A DNA stretch of 64,000 nt. Source: Ignavibacteriota bacterium (GTDB taxonomy: Bacteria; Bacteroidota; Ignavibacteria; UBA10030; UBA6906). Location of the stretch: positions 32,001-96,000 of the forward strand of contig CAWDEM010000004.1 in NCBI GenBank assembly GCA_963801355.1, read 5' to 3'. A model generated the notes under the pieces. The model saw nothing but the letters and a program-made list of their open reading frames with translations, was not told where the DNA came from and searched no databases. Below are positions 18,687 to 29,183 of this stretch, one piece after another. Each line of letters opens with the position of its first letter. The stretch's first letter is position 1. The position numbers and the translations under genes were made by a program.

Positions 18687-20408
18687 CTATACCGGCAAGC
18701 GCCGGATGATAAGAAGCGTTATGTCGTCCGCCTGCGGGGCGGTTCGCTGGTGTACACGTACTGCTTCAAGGATCTCTTCCTTGAGTCGCTCCGCGGGGAT
18801 GTTGTGCCGCTTGGCGATGAGCTCCTGCAGGTGGTCATCACCGAAGAGTTCCTGCTGCTCGTTCATCGCCTCCGTAACCCCGTCGGAATACAGGACAATC
18901 ACATCGCCCGGCGCAAGGGAGATAATCTCTTCTTCAAACGTCATCCCCTCCATAATGCCCAGGATGGGGCCACCCGTCGTCAACAACCGGGGACCCGCCT
19001 CGTTCACGCACACGGGCGGGTTGTGCCCGCCGTTCGTGTAGCGGAACATGTGATTGTGGGCATCCAGCACACCATAGACCATCGTCACGAATTTCTCGGG
19101 GCCGGTGCTCTGCACAAGACGGTCGTTGAGCAGCGTGGCGCATGCGCTGGCGGAGGACGCCTCGTGCGCCACATCGCGGACGGATGCCTGTGTGTGTGCC
19201 ATCAGGAGGGCGGCAGGAAGGCCTTTGCCTGACACATCACCCACCGTGACGACCACACGGTGCTGATCGAGACGGATGAAGTCGTAGAGGTCACCTGCCA
19301 CCTCAAGCGCGGGCACGGTCACAGCGGCAAACTCATAGCCCGGCAGTTCGGGAAGATTCTTGGGCAGAAGGCTTGTCTGCACTTCGCGCGCGGCTGCGAG
19401 GTCGCGCTCAATGCGTATTTTCTCTTTCTCCTGCAGTACCAACCGCGCATTCTCGAGGGCGATCGCAGCATGCACCGAAAGAGCGCCTATGATCGTCGCA
19501 TCGCTTTCGGTAAACACACCATCCCGTTTGTTCAACAGCTGGAAGACACCCACAATCTTCCCCGCCCGGTCTTTCATCGGAGCACAGAGAATCGAACGGG
19601 TACGATACCCGGTGACCCGGTCGAACTCCGGATCGAACCGCGGGTCGCTGTAGGCATCGGGAATGCTGATCGTGTCACCCGTCGCCGCCACGAAGCCGGC
19701 AATCCCCTTTCCGAGGGGAAGGCGAATGGTCTTCCGCTCGTCTTTGTCCAATCCGCGGGCGACTTTCGTCCAGATCTCCTTCTTGTCTTCCTGCAACACA
19801 TAGACCGTTCCGCGGTCGCCGTCCACAATATGCAGGGCGGTTTCCAGTATGACGTCGAGCAACTCTTCGAGATTCAGCGTGGAGTTCAAACTCTTTGCCG
19901 CCTCAATCAGCTGCTGAAGAGTCCGGACCTCGGCCTGCGTATGCTCCATGCGTCGGCTGATCTCCGACACGAAATGACTGTTCAGGGCGCGGAGGCGGAT
20001 GCTCAACACCTGAAGAAGACGCAGGGCAAGTACCGGTGAACGCCTTACCATCTCCTCAAAATCCCCGGCCGGGAGGAAATAGGCCACGCAATTGTCCTCT
20101 GCCACGATGCGCGCGGAACGCGGTCGCCCGGCAATGGCTTCCAATTCTCCAAAACAGTCGCCTGGATGCAACAGTGCAATCAGTTGAGGCTCGTTACCCG
20201 GACACGGTTTCAACACCCGTACCCGCCCCTCAACAAGAAAAAACACATCCCCACCCTGGGCCTCATCTTCTATAATGACGGCACCCGGAAGGAATGAGCA
20301 TTCTTTCAGAAGGGGCTCAAACTCTGCAAATTCCGCATCCGTGAGTGTCTCCAGGAGTACATTGTACCGGAGGCGGTTGCGAACAAGGGGATTCTGGGAT
20401 ATGGGCAT
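18687..20408 (-). CDS. cNMP-binding + GAF + PP2C (SpoIIE/RsbU-like) phosphatase
   Basis: GDCFGELEAI...PRSARI (cNMP); GKGIAG...FDRVTGYRTRSILCAPM (GAF); VAGDLYD, GDVSGKG, YSDGVTEA, DDIT (PP2C). Confidence 0.92.
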   Translation of the reverse strand: MPISQNPLVRNRLRYNVLLETLTDAEFAEFEPLLKECSFLPGAVIIEDEAQGGDVFFLVEGRVRVLKPCPGNEPQLIALLHPGDCFGELEAIAGRPRSARIVAEDNCVAYFLPAGDFEEMVRRSPVLALRLLQVLSIRLRALNSHFVSEISRRMEHTQAEVRTLQQLIEAAKSLNSTLNLEELLDVILETALHIVDGDRGTVYVLQEDKKEIWTKVARGLDKDERKTIRLPLGKGIAGFVAATGDTISIPDAYSDPRFDPEFDRVTGYRTRSILCAPMKDRAGKIVGVFQLLNKRDGVFTESDATIIGALSVHAAIALENARLVLQEKEKIRIERDLAAAREVQTSLLPKNLPELPGYEFAAVTVPALEVAGDLYDFIRLDQHRVVVTVGDVSGKGLPAALLMAHTQASVRDVAHEASSASACATLLNDRLVQSTGPEKFVTMVYGVLDAHNHMFRYTNGGHNPPVCVNEAGPRLLTTGGPILGIMEGMTFEEEIISLAPGDVIVLYSDGVTEAMNEQQELFGDDHLQELIAKRHNIPAERLKEEILEAVRVHQRTAPQADDITLLIIRRLPV

Positions 20409-20426
20409 GGTCGGAAGGCTTTATCG

Positions 20427-20455
20427 AGTATACTTGCATCGGCAGGTAAAGTCAA
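20427..20455 (-). promoter_or_regulatory. sigma70-type promoter for the cNMP-GAF-PP2C gene
   Basis: Minus strand TTGACT-N17-TATACT, 18 nt upstream of the ATG at 20408. Confidence 0.7.
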
Positions 20456-20541
20456 GCAGAATCTTTTCGAGGATTCGAACAGTATCTCTTGATGTTCCCC
20501 GGGGCAATCTGTATCTTTTCCGGACACTTCCTGGAGCTCCC

Positions 20542-21480
20542 TTGAAAACCCTGAAACCACGCCGCCTCAAAGCCGGCGACCTGATCGGCATCGTTTCTCC
20601 CGCAAGTACAATTCTCGACCCATCGCGCATCCAACAAGGCGTCGCATATCTCGAACGGCTGGGATATCGGACAGTCGTCGGAGAGCACGTGTTGAAAACC
20701 TACGGCTATCTTGCCGGCACCGATGAAGAACGGGTCGCCGACCTGCATGCCATGTTCCGCAACCCGGAGGTAAAAGCAATCATGTGCATCAGGGGAGGCT
20801 ATGGGACTCCACGCCTCCTTTCGCACATCGATTACCGGCTGATTGCGCGGAATCCGAAAATATTCGTCGGCTACAGCGACATCACGACACTCCAGCTCGC
20901 TCTCTGGAAGAAGTGCGGGCTGGTAAGCTTTCAGGGCCCGATGGTGGGCGTAGACATGCCGGATGGCCTGGATGCTTTCACCGAGGAACTGTTCTGGCGA
21001 ATCCTGACATCCCCAAAAAAGGCGGGATCGGTTCTGCCGCCGGATGAACCGGTGAATATGCTTCGCACCGGAAAAGGAACCGGAATTCTTATGGGCGGAA
21101 ACCTGGCACATCTGTCGGCGGCCATGGGAACACCTTACCTGCCGTCATTCAAAGGGACGGTCCTGTTTATAGAAGATATCGGGGAGGAACCCTACAGGAT
21201 CGACCGGATGATGTCACAATTGCGTCATGCATCGATTCTCCGGCAGGCGGCCGGGATTCTGGCCGGGAAATTCACCGACTGCGGCCCCAAGGATCCTGCA
21301 AAGCCGTCTCTGTCTGTGGACGATGTCTTGCGTGAACTCTCCGCCCTCACGCCGGTGCCGTTCCTGAGCAATCTGCCGTTCGGGCATGAAGCAAAGAAGA
21401 TTACCATGCCGATCGGGATCCGCGTGCGCATGGACGCGGCAAAACGCACGGTGGAGTTCCTTGAAGGGGCGGTGAGCTAG
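20542..21480 (+). CDS. LD-carboxypeptidase (peptidase S66, LdcA/MccF-like)
   Basis: IRGGYG, GYSDIT, GGNL, FIEDIGE, PFGH. TTG start at 20542 inferred. Confidence 0.92.
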   Translation: MKTLKPRRLKAGDLIGIVSPASTILDPSRIQQGVAYLERLGYRTVVGEHVLKTYGYLAGTDEERVADLHAMFRNPEVKAIMCIRGGYGTPRLLSHIDYRLIARNPKIFVGYSDITTLQLALWKKCGLVSFQGPMVGVDMPDGLDAFTEELFWRILTSPKKAGSVLPPDEPVNMLRTGKGTGILMGGNLAHLSAAMGTPYLPSFKGTVLFIEDIGEEPYRIDRMMSQLRHASILRQAAGILAGKFTDCGPKDPAKPSLSVDDVLRELSALTPVPFLSNLPFGHEAKKITMPIGIRVRMDAAKRTVEFLEGAVS

Positions 21481-21542
21481 GTACAGGCACAGGCATCGAG
21501 GCGTTGGTTGCATCTCTGGCGATTTCCTTGTACAATGATCGT

Positions 21543-22190
21543 ATGCTTAACATCACCGTTTTGGGATCCGGACGGGGATCTAACTTTGAAGCAATCCTGA
21601 AGGCAATGGCCGGCGGGATGCTCCCCGGCGGGAGGTTTTCCGGTGCAAGGATCGGACTGGTGTTAAGCAACAATTCAACCGCAGGGATTCTGGAGATTGC
21701 ACGGGCCCATGGGGTGCCGGCGGTGCATCTCAGCGAAAAGCAGTATCCATCGACGGAAGCGTTCGTCGATGCACTGCTTGCTGTGTTGCGCACGCATGAC
21801 ACGGGGCTGATCGTGCTCGCCGGCTATATGAAGAGGTTGCCGGCGCGTGTGGTGGCTGCCTACCGGCATCGTATCATCAATGTTCACCCGGCGTTGTTGC
21901 CTGAATTCGGCGGCCAGGGCATGTATGGCCTTCACGTCCATGAAGCCGTGCTTGCCGCTCACCGGACGGTCTCCGGTGCAACCGTCCACATGGTCGACGA
22001 CGATTACGACCATGGGGCAATACTGCTCCAGGAACAGGTTCCCGTGCTGCCGGACGACACGCCGGAGTCACTCGCCGCACGTGTGTTGCAGGTCGAACAT
22101 CGCATCCTCCCCGAGGCGATCCGTCTGTTCGCGGAGGAAAGAGTCTCTGTGGTTGACGGAAAAATCCATGTACGTTCTGCGCAGGAGTGA
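21543..22190 (+). CDS. purN: Phosphoribosylglycinamide formyltransferase
   Basis: SGRGSNF, LAGYMK, INVHPALLP, GATVHMVD. Confidence 0.96.
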   Translation: MLNITVLGSGRGSNFEAILKAMAGGMLPGGRFSGARIGLVLSNNSTAGILEIARAHGVPAVHLSEKQYPSTEAFVDALLAVLRTHDTGLIVLAGYMKRLPARVVAAYRHRIINVHPALLPEFGGQGMYGLHVHEAVLAAHRTVSGATVHMVDDDYDHGAILLQEQVPVLPDDTPESLAARVLQVEHRILPEAIRLFAEERVSVVDGKIHVRSAQE

Positions 22191-23734
22191 GTGTGCCTCG
22201 TATTCAACGCGCGCTGATTAGCGTGTCCGACAAGCAGGGGCTGGCCGAATTCGCATCCGCACTTCATGGCATGGGCGTTGAAATTCTTTCCACCGGCGGA
22301 ACACTCTCCGCTCTTCAAACCATGGGAATTCCCGCACGCTCGGTCGCTTCGGTCACCGGGTTTCCGGAGATTCTGGACGGACGCGTGAAGACCCTGCACC
22401 CGGCTATACACGGCGCACTGCTCGCCGTCGCCGACAACCCCGACCATGTACGTCAGCTCGCAGACCACAGTATCGCCCCTATCGACATGGTGGTGGTCAA
22501 TCTGTATCCGTTTGCCGCCACGGTGGCGCGGCCCGGCGTGACGCTCCCCGAAGCGGTGGAGCAAATTGACATCGGCGGACCGAGCATGCTTCGCTCTGCC
22601 GCGAAGAACTTCCGCCACAAAGCCGTTGTCACCAGTCCCTCACAGTATGCAGGCATTGTCGCAGAATTGCGCACCACGGGCGGCTCGCTGAGCGATGCCA
22701 CCTGCGCAGCGCTGGCCCGCGAGGTGTTCCACAATACGGCCCGCTACGACGCAACGATTGCCGGCTATCTGGATGCACAGGCTGCAACGGACGGTGCTCT
22801 TCCTCCGGCACTCACGATTGCCGCCCCCCGTGAGCTGGAGCTCCGGTACGGCGAGAATCCCCATCAGCATGCCGCGCTCTACGGCGCATGGGGGTCGCTC
22901 TTCAACAAGCTGCACGGGAAGGAACTCTCATACAACAACATCGTCGATGCGTCTGCGGCCGCCCTGCTCATTGCGGAATTTGACGAGCCGACCGTTGCGA
23001 TTGTGAAGCACACCAATCCCTGCGGTGTCGGTTCCGCGGCGACGCTGGCCGGGGCATACGACAAGGCCTTTGCCACCGACACCAAGTCGCCGTTCGGCGG
23101 CATCGTAGCCGTAAACCGTCCGCTGGATCTTGCCGCGGCGGAGAAGATCAACGCGGTCTTCACCGAAGTAGTCATCGCGCCGGAGTACCCTCCGGAAGTG
23201 CTGGCATTTCTCCAGAAGAAAAAGGATCGCCGTCTTCTCCGGTGCAGCGCCGATTTCCGGACGCACCGCCGTCATGACATCCGGAGCGTGCCCGGAGGAT
23301 TTCTTGTGCAGGAGAGCGACATGCCGGGGATGGCACACGAAGAGTTCCGCGTTGTCACCAAACGCGCCCCGACGGCCGATGAGGAACTTGCACTGAGGTT
23401 TGCGTGGCGTGTGACCAAGCACGTGAAGTCCAACGCCATCGTCTATGCCACTGCAGACCGTACGCTGGGTATCGGCGCCGGACAAATGTCACGCGTGGAC
23501 TCCGCGCGCATAGCCGCAGAGAAGGCGGCAGAAGCAGGTTTGTCGCTGACGGGCTCCGTTGTCGGGTCCGACGCGTTCTTCCCGTTCTCAGACGCCCTGC
23601 TTGAGGCAGTGCGCGCCGGCTCCAGAGCCGTTATTCAACCGGGGGGATCTGTCCGCGATGCCGAAGTCATCGCCGCCGCGGATGAACACGATATTGCGAT
23701 GGTTTTCACGGGCACCAGACACTTCCGGCACTAA
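22187..23734 (+). CDS. purH: Bifunctional AICAR transformylase/IMP cyclohydrolase
   Basis: [44 protein letters not shown]. Confidence 0.98.
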   Translation: MSVPRIQRALISVSDKQGLAEFASALHGMGVEILSTGGTLSALQTMGIPARSVASVTGFPEILDGRVKTLHPAIHGALLAVADNPDHVRQLADHSIAPIDMVVVNLYPFAATVARPGVTLPEAVEQIDIGGPSMLRSAAKNFRHKAVVTSPSQYAGIVAELRTTGGSLSDATCAALAREVFHNTARYDATIAGYLDAQAATDGALPPALTIAAPRELELRYGENPHQHAALYGAWGSLFNKLHGKELSYNNIVDASAAALLIAEFDEPTVAIVKHTNPCGVGSAATLAGAYDKAFATDTKSPFGGIVAVNRPLDLAAAEKINAVFTEVVIAPEYPPEVLAFLQKKKDRRLLRCSADFRTHRRHDIRSVPGGFLVQESDMPGMAHEEFRVVTKRAPTADEELALRFAWRVTKHVKSNAIVYATADRTLGIGAGQMSRVDSARIAAEKAAEAGLSLTGSVVGSDAFFPFSDALLEAVRAGSRAVIQPGGSVRDAEVIAAADEHDIAMVFTGTRHFRH

Positions 23735-23739
23735 ACGCC

Positions 23740-24765
23740 ATGGGACTTTTTTCATTCTTTTCCGCCGATCTTGCCATCGATCTTGGCACGGCAAACACCC
23801 TGATCCACATGAAGGGAAAAGGGATCGTTCTCAACGAGCCTTCGATCGTGGCGTTCGACCGCAACACCAAGAAAATTGTCGCCATCGGTCACGAAGCGCA
23901 ACAGATGCTGGGGCGCACGCACCGCGACATCCGCACCATACGTCCCATGAGAGACGGTGTGATCGCCGATTTTGAAATCGCCGAAGGGATGATGCGCGAA
24001 TTCATCCGGAAGATCCACGCCAACTGGATGCCAAGCCGCCGCATCGTCATCTGCGTCCCGAGCGGCGTCACTGAAGTCGAGAAGCGTGCTGTCCGCGATG
24101 CCGCCGAACATGCCGGTGCAAAGGAAGTGCATCTGGTCGCCGAGCCGATGGCGGCTGCAATCGGAGTCGGGCTGGATGTGGATGCCCCCGTCGGCAATAT
24201 GATTGTCGATATCGGCGGCGGAACCACGGAAATCGCCGTTATCGCGCTTTCCGGCATCGTGAACGAAGAGTCGATCCGTGTGGCCGGCGACGAGATGAAC
24301 GGTGCGATCGTGCAGTTCTTCAAAAAGAATCACAACATTCTTATCGGCGAAAGGACTGCCGAAGCCATCAAATGTGAAGTCGGCTCGGCCATGCCGCTCA
24401 AGGAGGAGATCACCATCCGCGTCAAGGGACGCGATCTGGTGAACGGGATCCCGAAAACCACGGAAGCGAGCTCGGTGGAGATCCGCGAATCACTCAGCGA
24501 ACCCGTCGGCCAGATTATCGAAGCGGTCAAGCTCACGCTCGAGCGCACGCCGCCGGAATTGTCGGCGGATATTCTGGACCGCGGCATCATGTTGAGCGGC
24601 GGCGGAGCATTGCTGCGCGGACTCAACGAACGGCTGCGCCTGGAAACTCAACTGCCCGTCCATATTTCGGAAGATCCGCTGACTGCAGTCGTGCGCGGAA
24701 CCGGCAAGATCCTGGAAGACCTGAACGGCTACTCCAAGGTGCTCCTCAAGAGCAAACGCTACTGA
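23740..24765 (+). CDS. mreB: Rod shape-determining protein MreB
   Basis: AIDLGTANT, RPMRDGVIADF, DIGGGTTE. Confidence 0.98.
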   Translation: MGLFSFFSADLAIDLGTANTLIHMKGKGIVLNEPSIVAFDRNTKKIVAIGHEAQQMLGRTHRDIRTIRPMRDGVIADFEIAEGMMREFIRKIHANWMPSRRIVICVPSGVTEVEKRAVRDAAEHAGAKEVHLVAEPMAAAIGVGLDVDAPVGNMIVDIGGGTTEIAVIALSGIVNEESIRVAGDEMNGAIVQFFKKNHNILIGERTAEAIKCEVGSAMPLKEEITIRVKGRDLVNGIPKTTEASSVEIRESLSEPVGQIIEAVKLTLERTPPELSADILDRGIMLSGGGALLRGLNERLRLETQLPVHISEDPLTAVVRGTGKILEDLNGYSKVLLKSKRY

Positions 24766-24792
24766 TCGATCCGGTCCAATGCCACCGGTACT

Positions 24793-25618
24793 ATGTTCAA
24801 ACGCGCATACGATATCATCCTCCTGTTCAAGGAGTACTTCCTCCTTGCCCTCTACATTGCCGTTGCACTCCTGTTGCTCGCGAGCAATCGGACGCCCCAG
24901 GTGCGCGCCATCCGCGCAGGGTTGCTGTCCGCCACCGGGGCATTGCAGGACGTTTTCGGCATAGTGCCCAATTACTTCGCCCTCCGCCAGGAAAACCGCG
25001 TCCTGCGCGAACAGAATCTCACGCTGAACGATGAGGTCAGCCGGCTCCGGGAAGCCCGCCTGGAGAATATCCGTCTGCAACGCCTGCTCGGACTGAAGGA
25101 CCGTCCCGCGTTCCGGTATCTTTCCGCCCGTGTCGTCGGTGCCACCAGTCAGAATCTCCGCAATACCATTACCATCGACCGCGGTCTGGATGACGGTGTG
25201 CTGCTCAACATGCCCGTGGTGACGGCTGACGGCCTCGCCGGCAGAGTGAGCAGCGTGAGCAGCAAGTATGCCATCGTGCATTTGCTCCTGCACAAAGATG
25301 TCCGCGTGAGCGCCCGCGTTGAACGCAGCAGGGTCAACGGTATCATCCGGTGGACGGGCGGACGATCGCTGTCGTTCGCCAACGTTCCCACATCGTTTGA
25401 CGTGCAGGAACGGAGATGTGATCATCACATCGGAATTCAGCAGCATGTTTCCTGCAGGTATCCGCATCGGCATTGTCAGTGGAACACACACGGTTCCCGG
25501 AGACCTCTTCAAGGCGGTGGATGTGACCCCGGTGGTGGACTTCGACCGCCTCGAAGAGGTCTTCATCGCCCTTCACACACCCGAAAGTGGCAGGGTGGCA
25601 ATCGATCAACGTCGCTGA
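24793..25618 (+). CDS. mreC: Rod shape-determining protein MreC (frameshift ~25408)
   Basis: LENIRLQRLL, IDRG..DGV, GLAGRV. C-terminus GDVIITSEFSSMFPAGIRIG...VDFDRLEEVF lies in another frame. Confidence 0.92.
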
Positions 25619-25627
25619 TCCCCCGGT

Positions 25628-26119
25628 ATGCGCCGCAATCTCATACTCATCGCCCTCTCGCTGCTCATCCTGCTGGTGCAAACGCTCATCATCCCGCAAA
25701 TCGCCATCCTGAGCATCGTGCCCGATCTGTTGCTGATCTGGATAGTCTACGTCGCGCTTACCAGGGGCCAGATAACGGCTATGACCGTCGGGTTTTTTCT
25801 GGGTGTCCTGGTCGACATACTCTCCGGCGGTGACAACATGCTGGGGTTGTCGGCGCTGACGAAGACTGTCGCCGGATTTCTTGCGGGATATTCATATAAC
25901 GAGAACAAGATCGCACCGTTTCTGAGCGGCCCGCAATTTCCCCTCGTGCTCATTGTCGTCTCTCTTGTGCACAATCTCCTCTATTTTCTTATCTTTCTGC
26001 AGGGATCCGACCTTTCCTGGAAAACGACAATTCTCCAGTTCGGCCTGCCCGCAACGCTCTACACGGTGGCCATCGCGGTGATCCCGATGTTTGCGTTTGC
26101 CCGACATTATCGAACCTGA
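25628..26119 (+). CDS. mreD: Rod shape-determining protein MreD
   Basis: Hydrophobic, PDLLLI, GFFLGVLVD; position in the mre operon. Confidence 0.9.
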   Translation: MRRNLILIALSLLILLVQTLIIPQIAILSIVPDLLLIWIVYVALTRGQITAMTVGFFLGVLVDILSGGDNMLGLSALTKTVAGFLAGYSYNENKIAPFLSGPQFPLVLIVVSLVHNLLYFLIFLQGSDLSWKTTILQFGLPATLYTVAIAVIPMFAFARHYRT

Positions 26120-26121
26120 GC

Positions 26122-27963
26122 ATGGCACTGCAGGATGACATACATATTATCCGGAAACGGCGTGTGCTGTACGCCGTGTTAGCAGTGATGTTTCTGACAT
26201 TCTTCGGCCGGTTGTACCAGCTTCAGCTGATCTTCAGCGAGGAATACGAAAGAAAGTCCGACGAGAACAGCATCCGCATCATCTCGCGCGAACCGATCCG
26301 TGGATATGTGTTCGACCGGAACCACAGGCTTGTGGTGGACAACAGGCCGGCCTTCACGGTGACGATCATGCCCTATGAGTTTGACAAACGCAATATCCCC
26401 TACCTCTCTTCGCTTCTCGGCCTGGATACCCTGTTCATCCGCGACCGCCTGAAGAAGGGGGAAGACTATTCACGTTTCTCGCCGGTGAAGATCAAACGCG
26501 ATCTCAACTTCACCGAACTCTCAGCACTTGAAGAGAATCGTGACCGTCTGACGGGGGTGGACTATCAGGTGGAGTCGAAACGATGGTATGGCACCGGCGC
26601 GCACGCGGCACACATCCTGGGATATACCAAGGAGATCTCCGAAACACAGATCAGAACACTCGGCGGGGAGTACCGGCAGGGAGACGTTGTCGGTTCGTCG
26701 GGTCTTGAGGGGGAATACGAACAGGCATTACGCGGCCAAAAGGGTGCAGAGTTCAGCACCGTCAATGTTCGCGGACAGGTGATCGGCAGCTTTGACAACG
26801 GGCGACTGGATGTCAGTGCGGTCGACGGCAAGGATATCATCCTGACAGTTGATATCGGTTTGCAGGCGTTCGCCGAGTCACTCATGACAGGGCGGAGGGG
26901 AGCCGTTGTCGCAATCGATCCGACCGACGGCGGCATCCTTGCCATGGTGAGCGCGCCGGACTACGACCTTTCGTTCTTCAGCGGGGTGACGCCTTCCCAG
27001 GTGTGGCGTGCGATCAGCTCCGATCCGGCACGTCCCCTGTTCAACCGTGCAACCTTGACCCGCTACCCGCCGGGCTCCACCTTCAAGATGGTCCTGGCTG
27101 CGGCGGCACTTGAGACCGGCACGGTGACACCCTCCTGGCGGATTACCTGCGGCGGATCGTTCCGTATGGGCAACAAGGTGTTCAAGGACCTGCATGTCCA
27201 TGGCAGCGTTGACATGACCGAGGCTCTCCAGGTATCATGCAACGTCTACTTCTATCAGCTCATGCTCAAGACAGGCCTTGACAACTGGTCGCGCTATGGA
27301 CGGGATTTCGGCTTTGGCATGCTGACAGGGATAGACATCGCAGAAGAGAACCCGGGTCTCCTTCCTACTACGGCCTACATGAACCGGCGCTATGGTCCGT
27401 CGGGCTGGACGCGGGGGTTTCTGCCGAGCCTCGCGATCGGACAGGGAGAATTGGGAGTGACGCCGTTGCAGATGGCCTGCTATGCAATGGTACTGGCGAA
27501 CGCCGGAGAATACCACCAACCACACGCCGTATGCGCATTACTCAGCAAGGGCGCAGAGAAGCCCGACACGCTCGCGTTCCAGAACCGCCGGGTGCAGCTG
27601 GCGCCGGCAACCTGGGGAGTCCTTCGTGAAGGGATGCATCGAGCCGTGCAGTCTCCCGGGGGTACGGGCAGCCTGGCACGTGTGAAGGGAATTGAGGTCG
27701 CCGGCAAGACAGGAACTGCACAGAATCCTCATGGTCCGGATCATGCCTGGTTCGTCGGCTTTGCCCCCTATGACAACCCGCGCATAGCCATCGTTGTGCT
27801 CGTCGAGAATGCCGGATTCGGTGGTTCGTATGCAGCCCCGATCGCGGGTCTCTGCTTTGAGCGTTATCTGTACGGAAGGTTGACGCGCTATGACATTCCC
27901 CAGCGCGCGCCGGTGATCACAGCACGGGAACCGGTTTCCACAGCTCCTGTTGCAGGAAGGTAA
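26122..27963 (+). CDS. mrdA: Penicillin-binding protein 2
   Basis: RGYVFDRN, YPPGSTFK (SxxK), SCN, KTGTAQ. Confidence 0.96.
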   Translation: MALQDDIHIIRKRRVLYAVLAVMFLTFFGRLYQLQLIFSEEYERKSDENSIRIISREPIRGYVFDRNHRLVVDNRPAFTVTIMPYEFDKRNIPYLSSLLGLDTLFIRDRLKKGEDYSRFSPVKIKRDLNFTELSALEENRDRLTGVDYQVESKRWYGTGAHAAHILGYTKEISETQIRTLGGEYRQGDVVGSSGLEGEYEQALRGQKGAEFSTVNVRGQVIGSFDNGRLDVSAVDGKDIILTVDIGLQAFAESLMTGRRGAVVAIDPTDGGILAMVSAPDYDLSFFSGVTPSQVWRAISSDPARPLFNRATLTRYPPGSTFKMVLAAAALETGTVTPSWRITCGGSFRMGNKVFKDLHVHGSVDMTEALQVSCNVYFYQLMLKTGLDNWSRYGRDFGFGMLTGIDIAEENPGLLPTTAYMNRRYGPSGWTRGFLPSLAIGQGELGVTPLQMACYAMVLANAGEYHQPHAVCALLSKGAEKPDTLAFQNRRVQLAPATWGVLREGMHRAVQSPGGTGSLARVKGIEVAGKTGTAQNPHGPDHAWFVGFAPYDNPRIAIVVLVENAGFGGSYAAPIAGLCFERYLYGRLTRYDIPQRAPVITAREPVSTAPVAGR

Positions 27964-27965
27964 CA

Positions 27966-29183
27966 ATGTTCGCGTATATCCATCGCCATTTTGACCTTCA
28001 GGTGGGCATATCATCGCTGCTCCTGGCCATCGTTGGCGCAATTTCCATCTATAGCGCGACTTATGACGCAAGGGCCATGGGAATCTTCAACCGGCAGGTG
28101 ATCTGGCTTCTCTCAGGAACCGCTCTGGTGGTCATCATTGCGTTCATTCCCCTTCGACTATTACAGTCGCTGTCGTGGGCAGCGTATTTCTTTTCCATAT
28201 TCCTGCTGGTGAGTGTTCTGCTGTTCGGGAAGACCGTTTCGGGTTCGACGAGCTGGTTCAACCTGGGGGCATTCCGCATTCAACCTTCGGAGTTCGCCAA
28301 GATCACCACGGTGCTCGCCCTGGCAAGCTACCTCTCCCGTGTCGACATTTCGCTCCGGATACCCCGCCACTTCCTGACTGCATGCGGCATTGTGGGAATC
28401 CCGATCGTTCTGATACTGATGCAGCCCGATTTCGGAACCACGGTGATTTATGCAGGCATGTTTCTCACGCTTCTTTTCTGGGGCGGGGCACCCCGGTTCA
28501 CGCTTATTGCCATCGTCGCGCCGGTTGCGTCGGCTGTGGCCGCACTGTTCGGTACGACGTTCTTCCTTATTGTGATCGCGGTGTTCGGCGTCCTTCTGTA
28601 CGTTACGAAAGAGCACCGGCTCCTCGCCGCTGTGGCATTCTCGGTCATGGTGTTGTTCGGCATTTCCGTCCAGGTCATCTACGACGGCCTGAGGCCATAC
28701 CAGCAGAAACGCATTGAATCGTTTCTGAATCCGAATGCCGATCCGCTGGGGGCGGGGTACAACAGCCTGCAGTCGAAAGTGGCCATCGGCTCCGGGGGGG
28801 TGTTCGGAAAGGGATACCTGCGGGGTTCGCAAACACAATTGAATTTTATTCCCGAACAGTGGACCGATTTCATCTTCTGTGTGCCGGGAGAAGAATTCGG
28901 GTTCATGGGCGCCGGATTGGTCCTGGCGCTCTTTGCCGTGTTGCTGGTGCGGGGGGTCACCCTCGCGTCCATTGTCAAGAGCAGGTATGCCAGTTTTGTG
29001 GCTATCGGCCTGACCGCTCTGATCGCTACCCATGTCTTCCTCAACATCGGGATGGCGCTGGGTCTGCTTCCCGTGATCGGCGTTCCGCTCCCCTTCCTGA
29101 GCTACGGGGGTTCGTTCCTGATCACCAGCACCATCATGATTGGTATCCTCATGAACCTCTATACCAACCGAAAAGAGTACTAA
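27966..29183 (+). CDS. rodA: Rod shape-determining protein RodA (SEDS)
   Basis: IQPSEFAK, QPDFGT, AIGSGG, PEQWTDFIF, PLPFLSYGGS. Confidence 0.96.
   Translation: MFAYIHRHFDLQVGISSLLLAIVGAISIYSATYDARAMGIFNRQVIWLLSGTALVVIIAFIPLRLLQSLSWAAYFFSIFLLVSVLLFGKTVSGSTSWFNLGAFRIQPSEFAKITTVLALASYLSRVDISLRIPRHFLTACGIVGIPIVLILMQPDFGTTVIYAGMFLTLLFWGGAPRFTLIAIVAPVASAVAALFGTTFFLIVIAVFGVLLYVTKEHRLLAAVAFSVMVLFGISVQVIYDGLRPYQQKRIESFLNPNADPLGAGYNSLQSKVAIGSGGVFGKGYLRGSQTQLNFIPEQWTDFIFCVPGEEFGFMGAGLVLALFAVLLVRGVTLASIVKSRYASFVAIGLTALIATHVFLNIGMALGLLPVIGVPLPFLSYGGSFLITSTIMIGILMNLYTNRKEY

Noticed and set aside
25400-25420. Programmed frameshift in mreC (and in other split genes)
   Set aside because: No slippery heptamer is visible, and frameshifts are scattered over many unrelated genes, which is consistent with sequence error
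28859-29182. N-terminal extensions in the ORF track (921-aa protease; also 20275, 39251, 44033, 46638, 57685, 60039)
   Set aside because: They overlap upstream genes or promoters; downstream starts give typical family lengths
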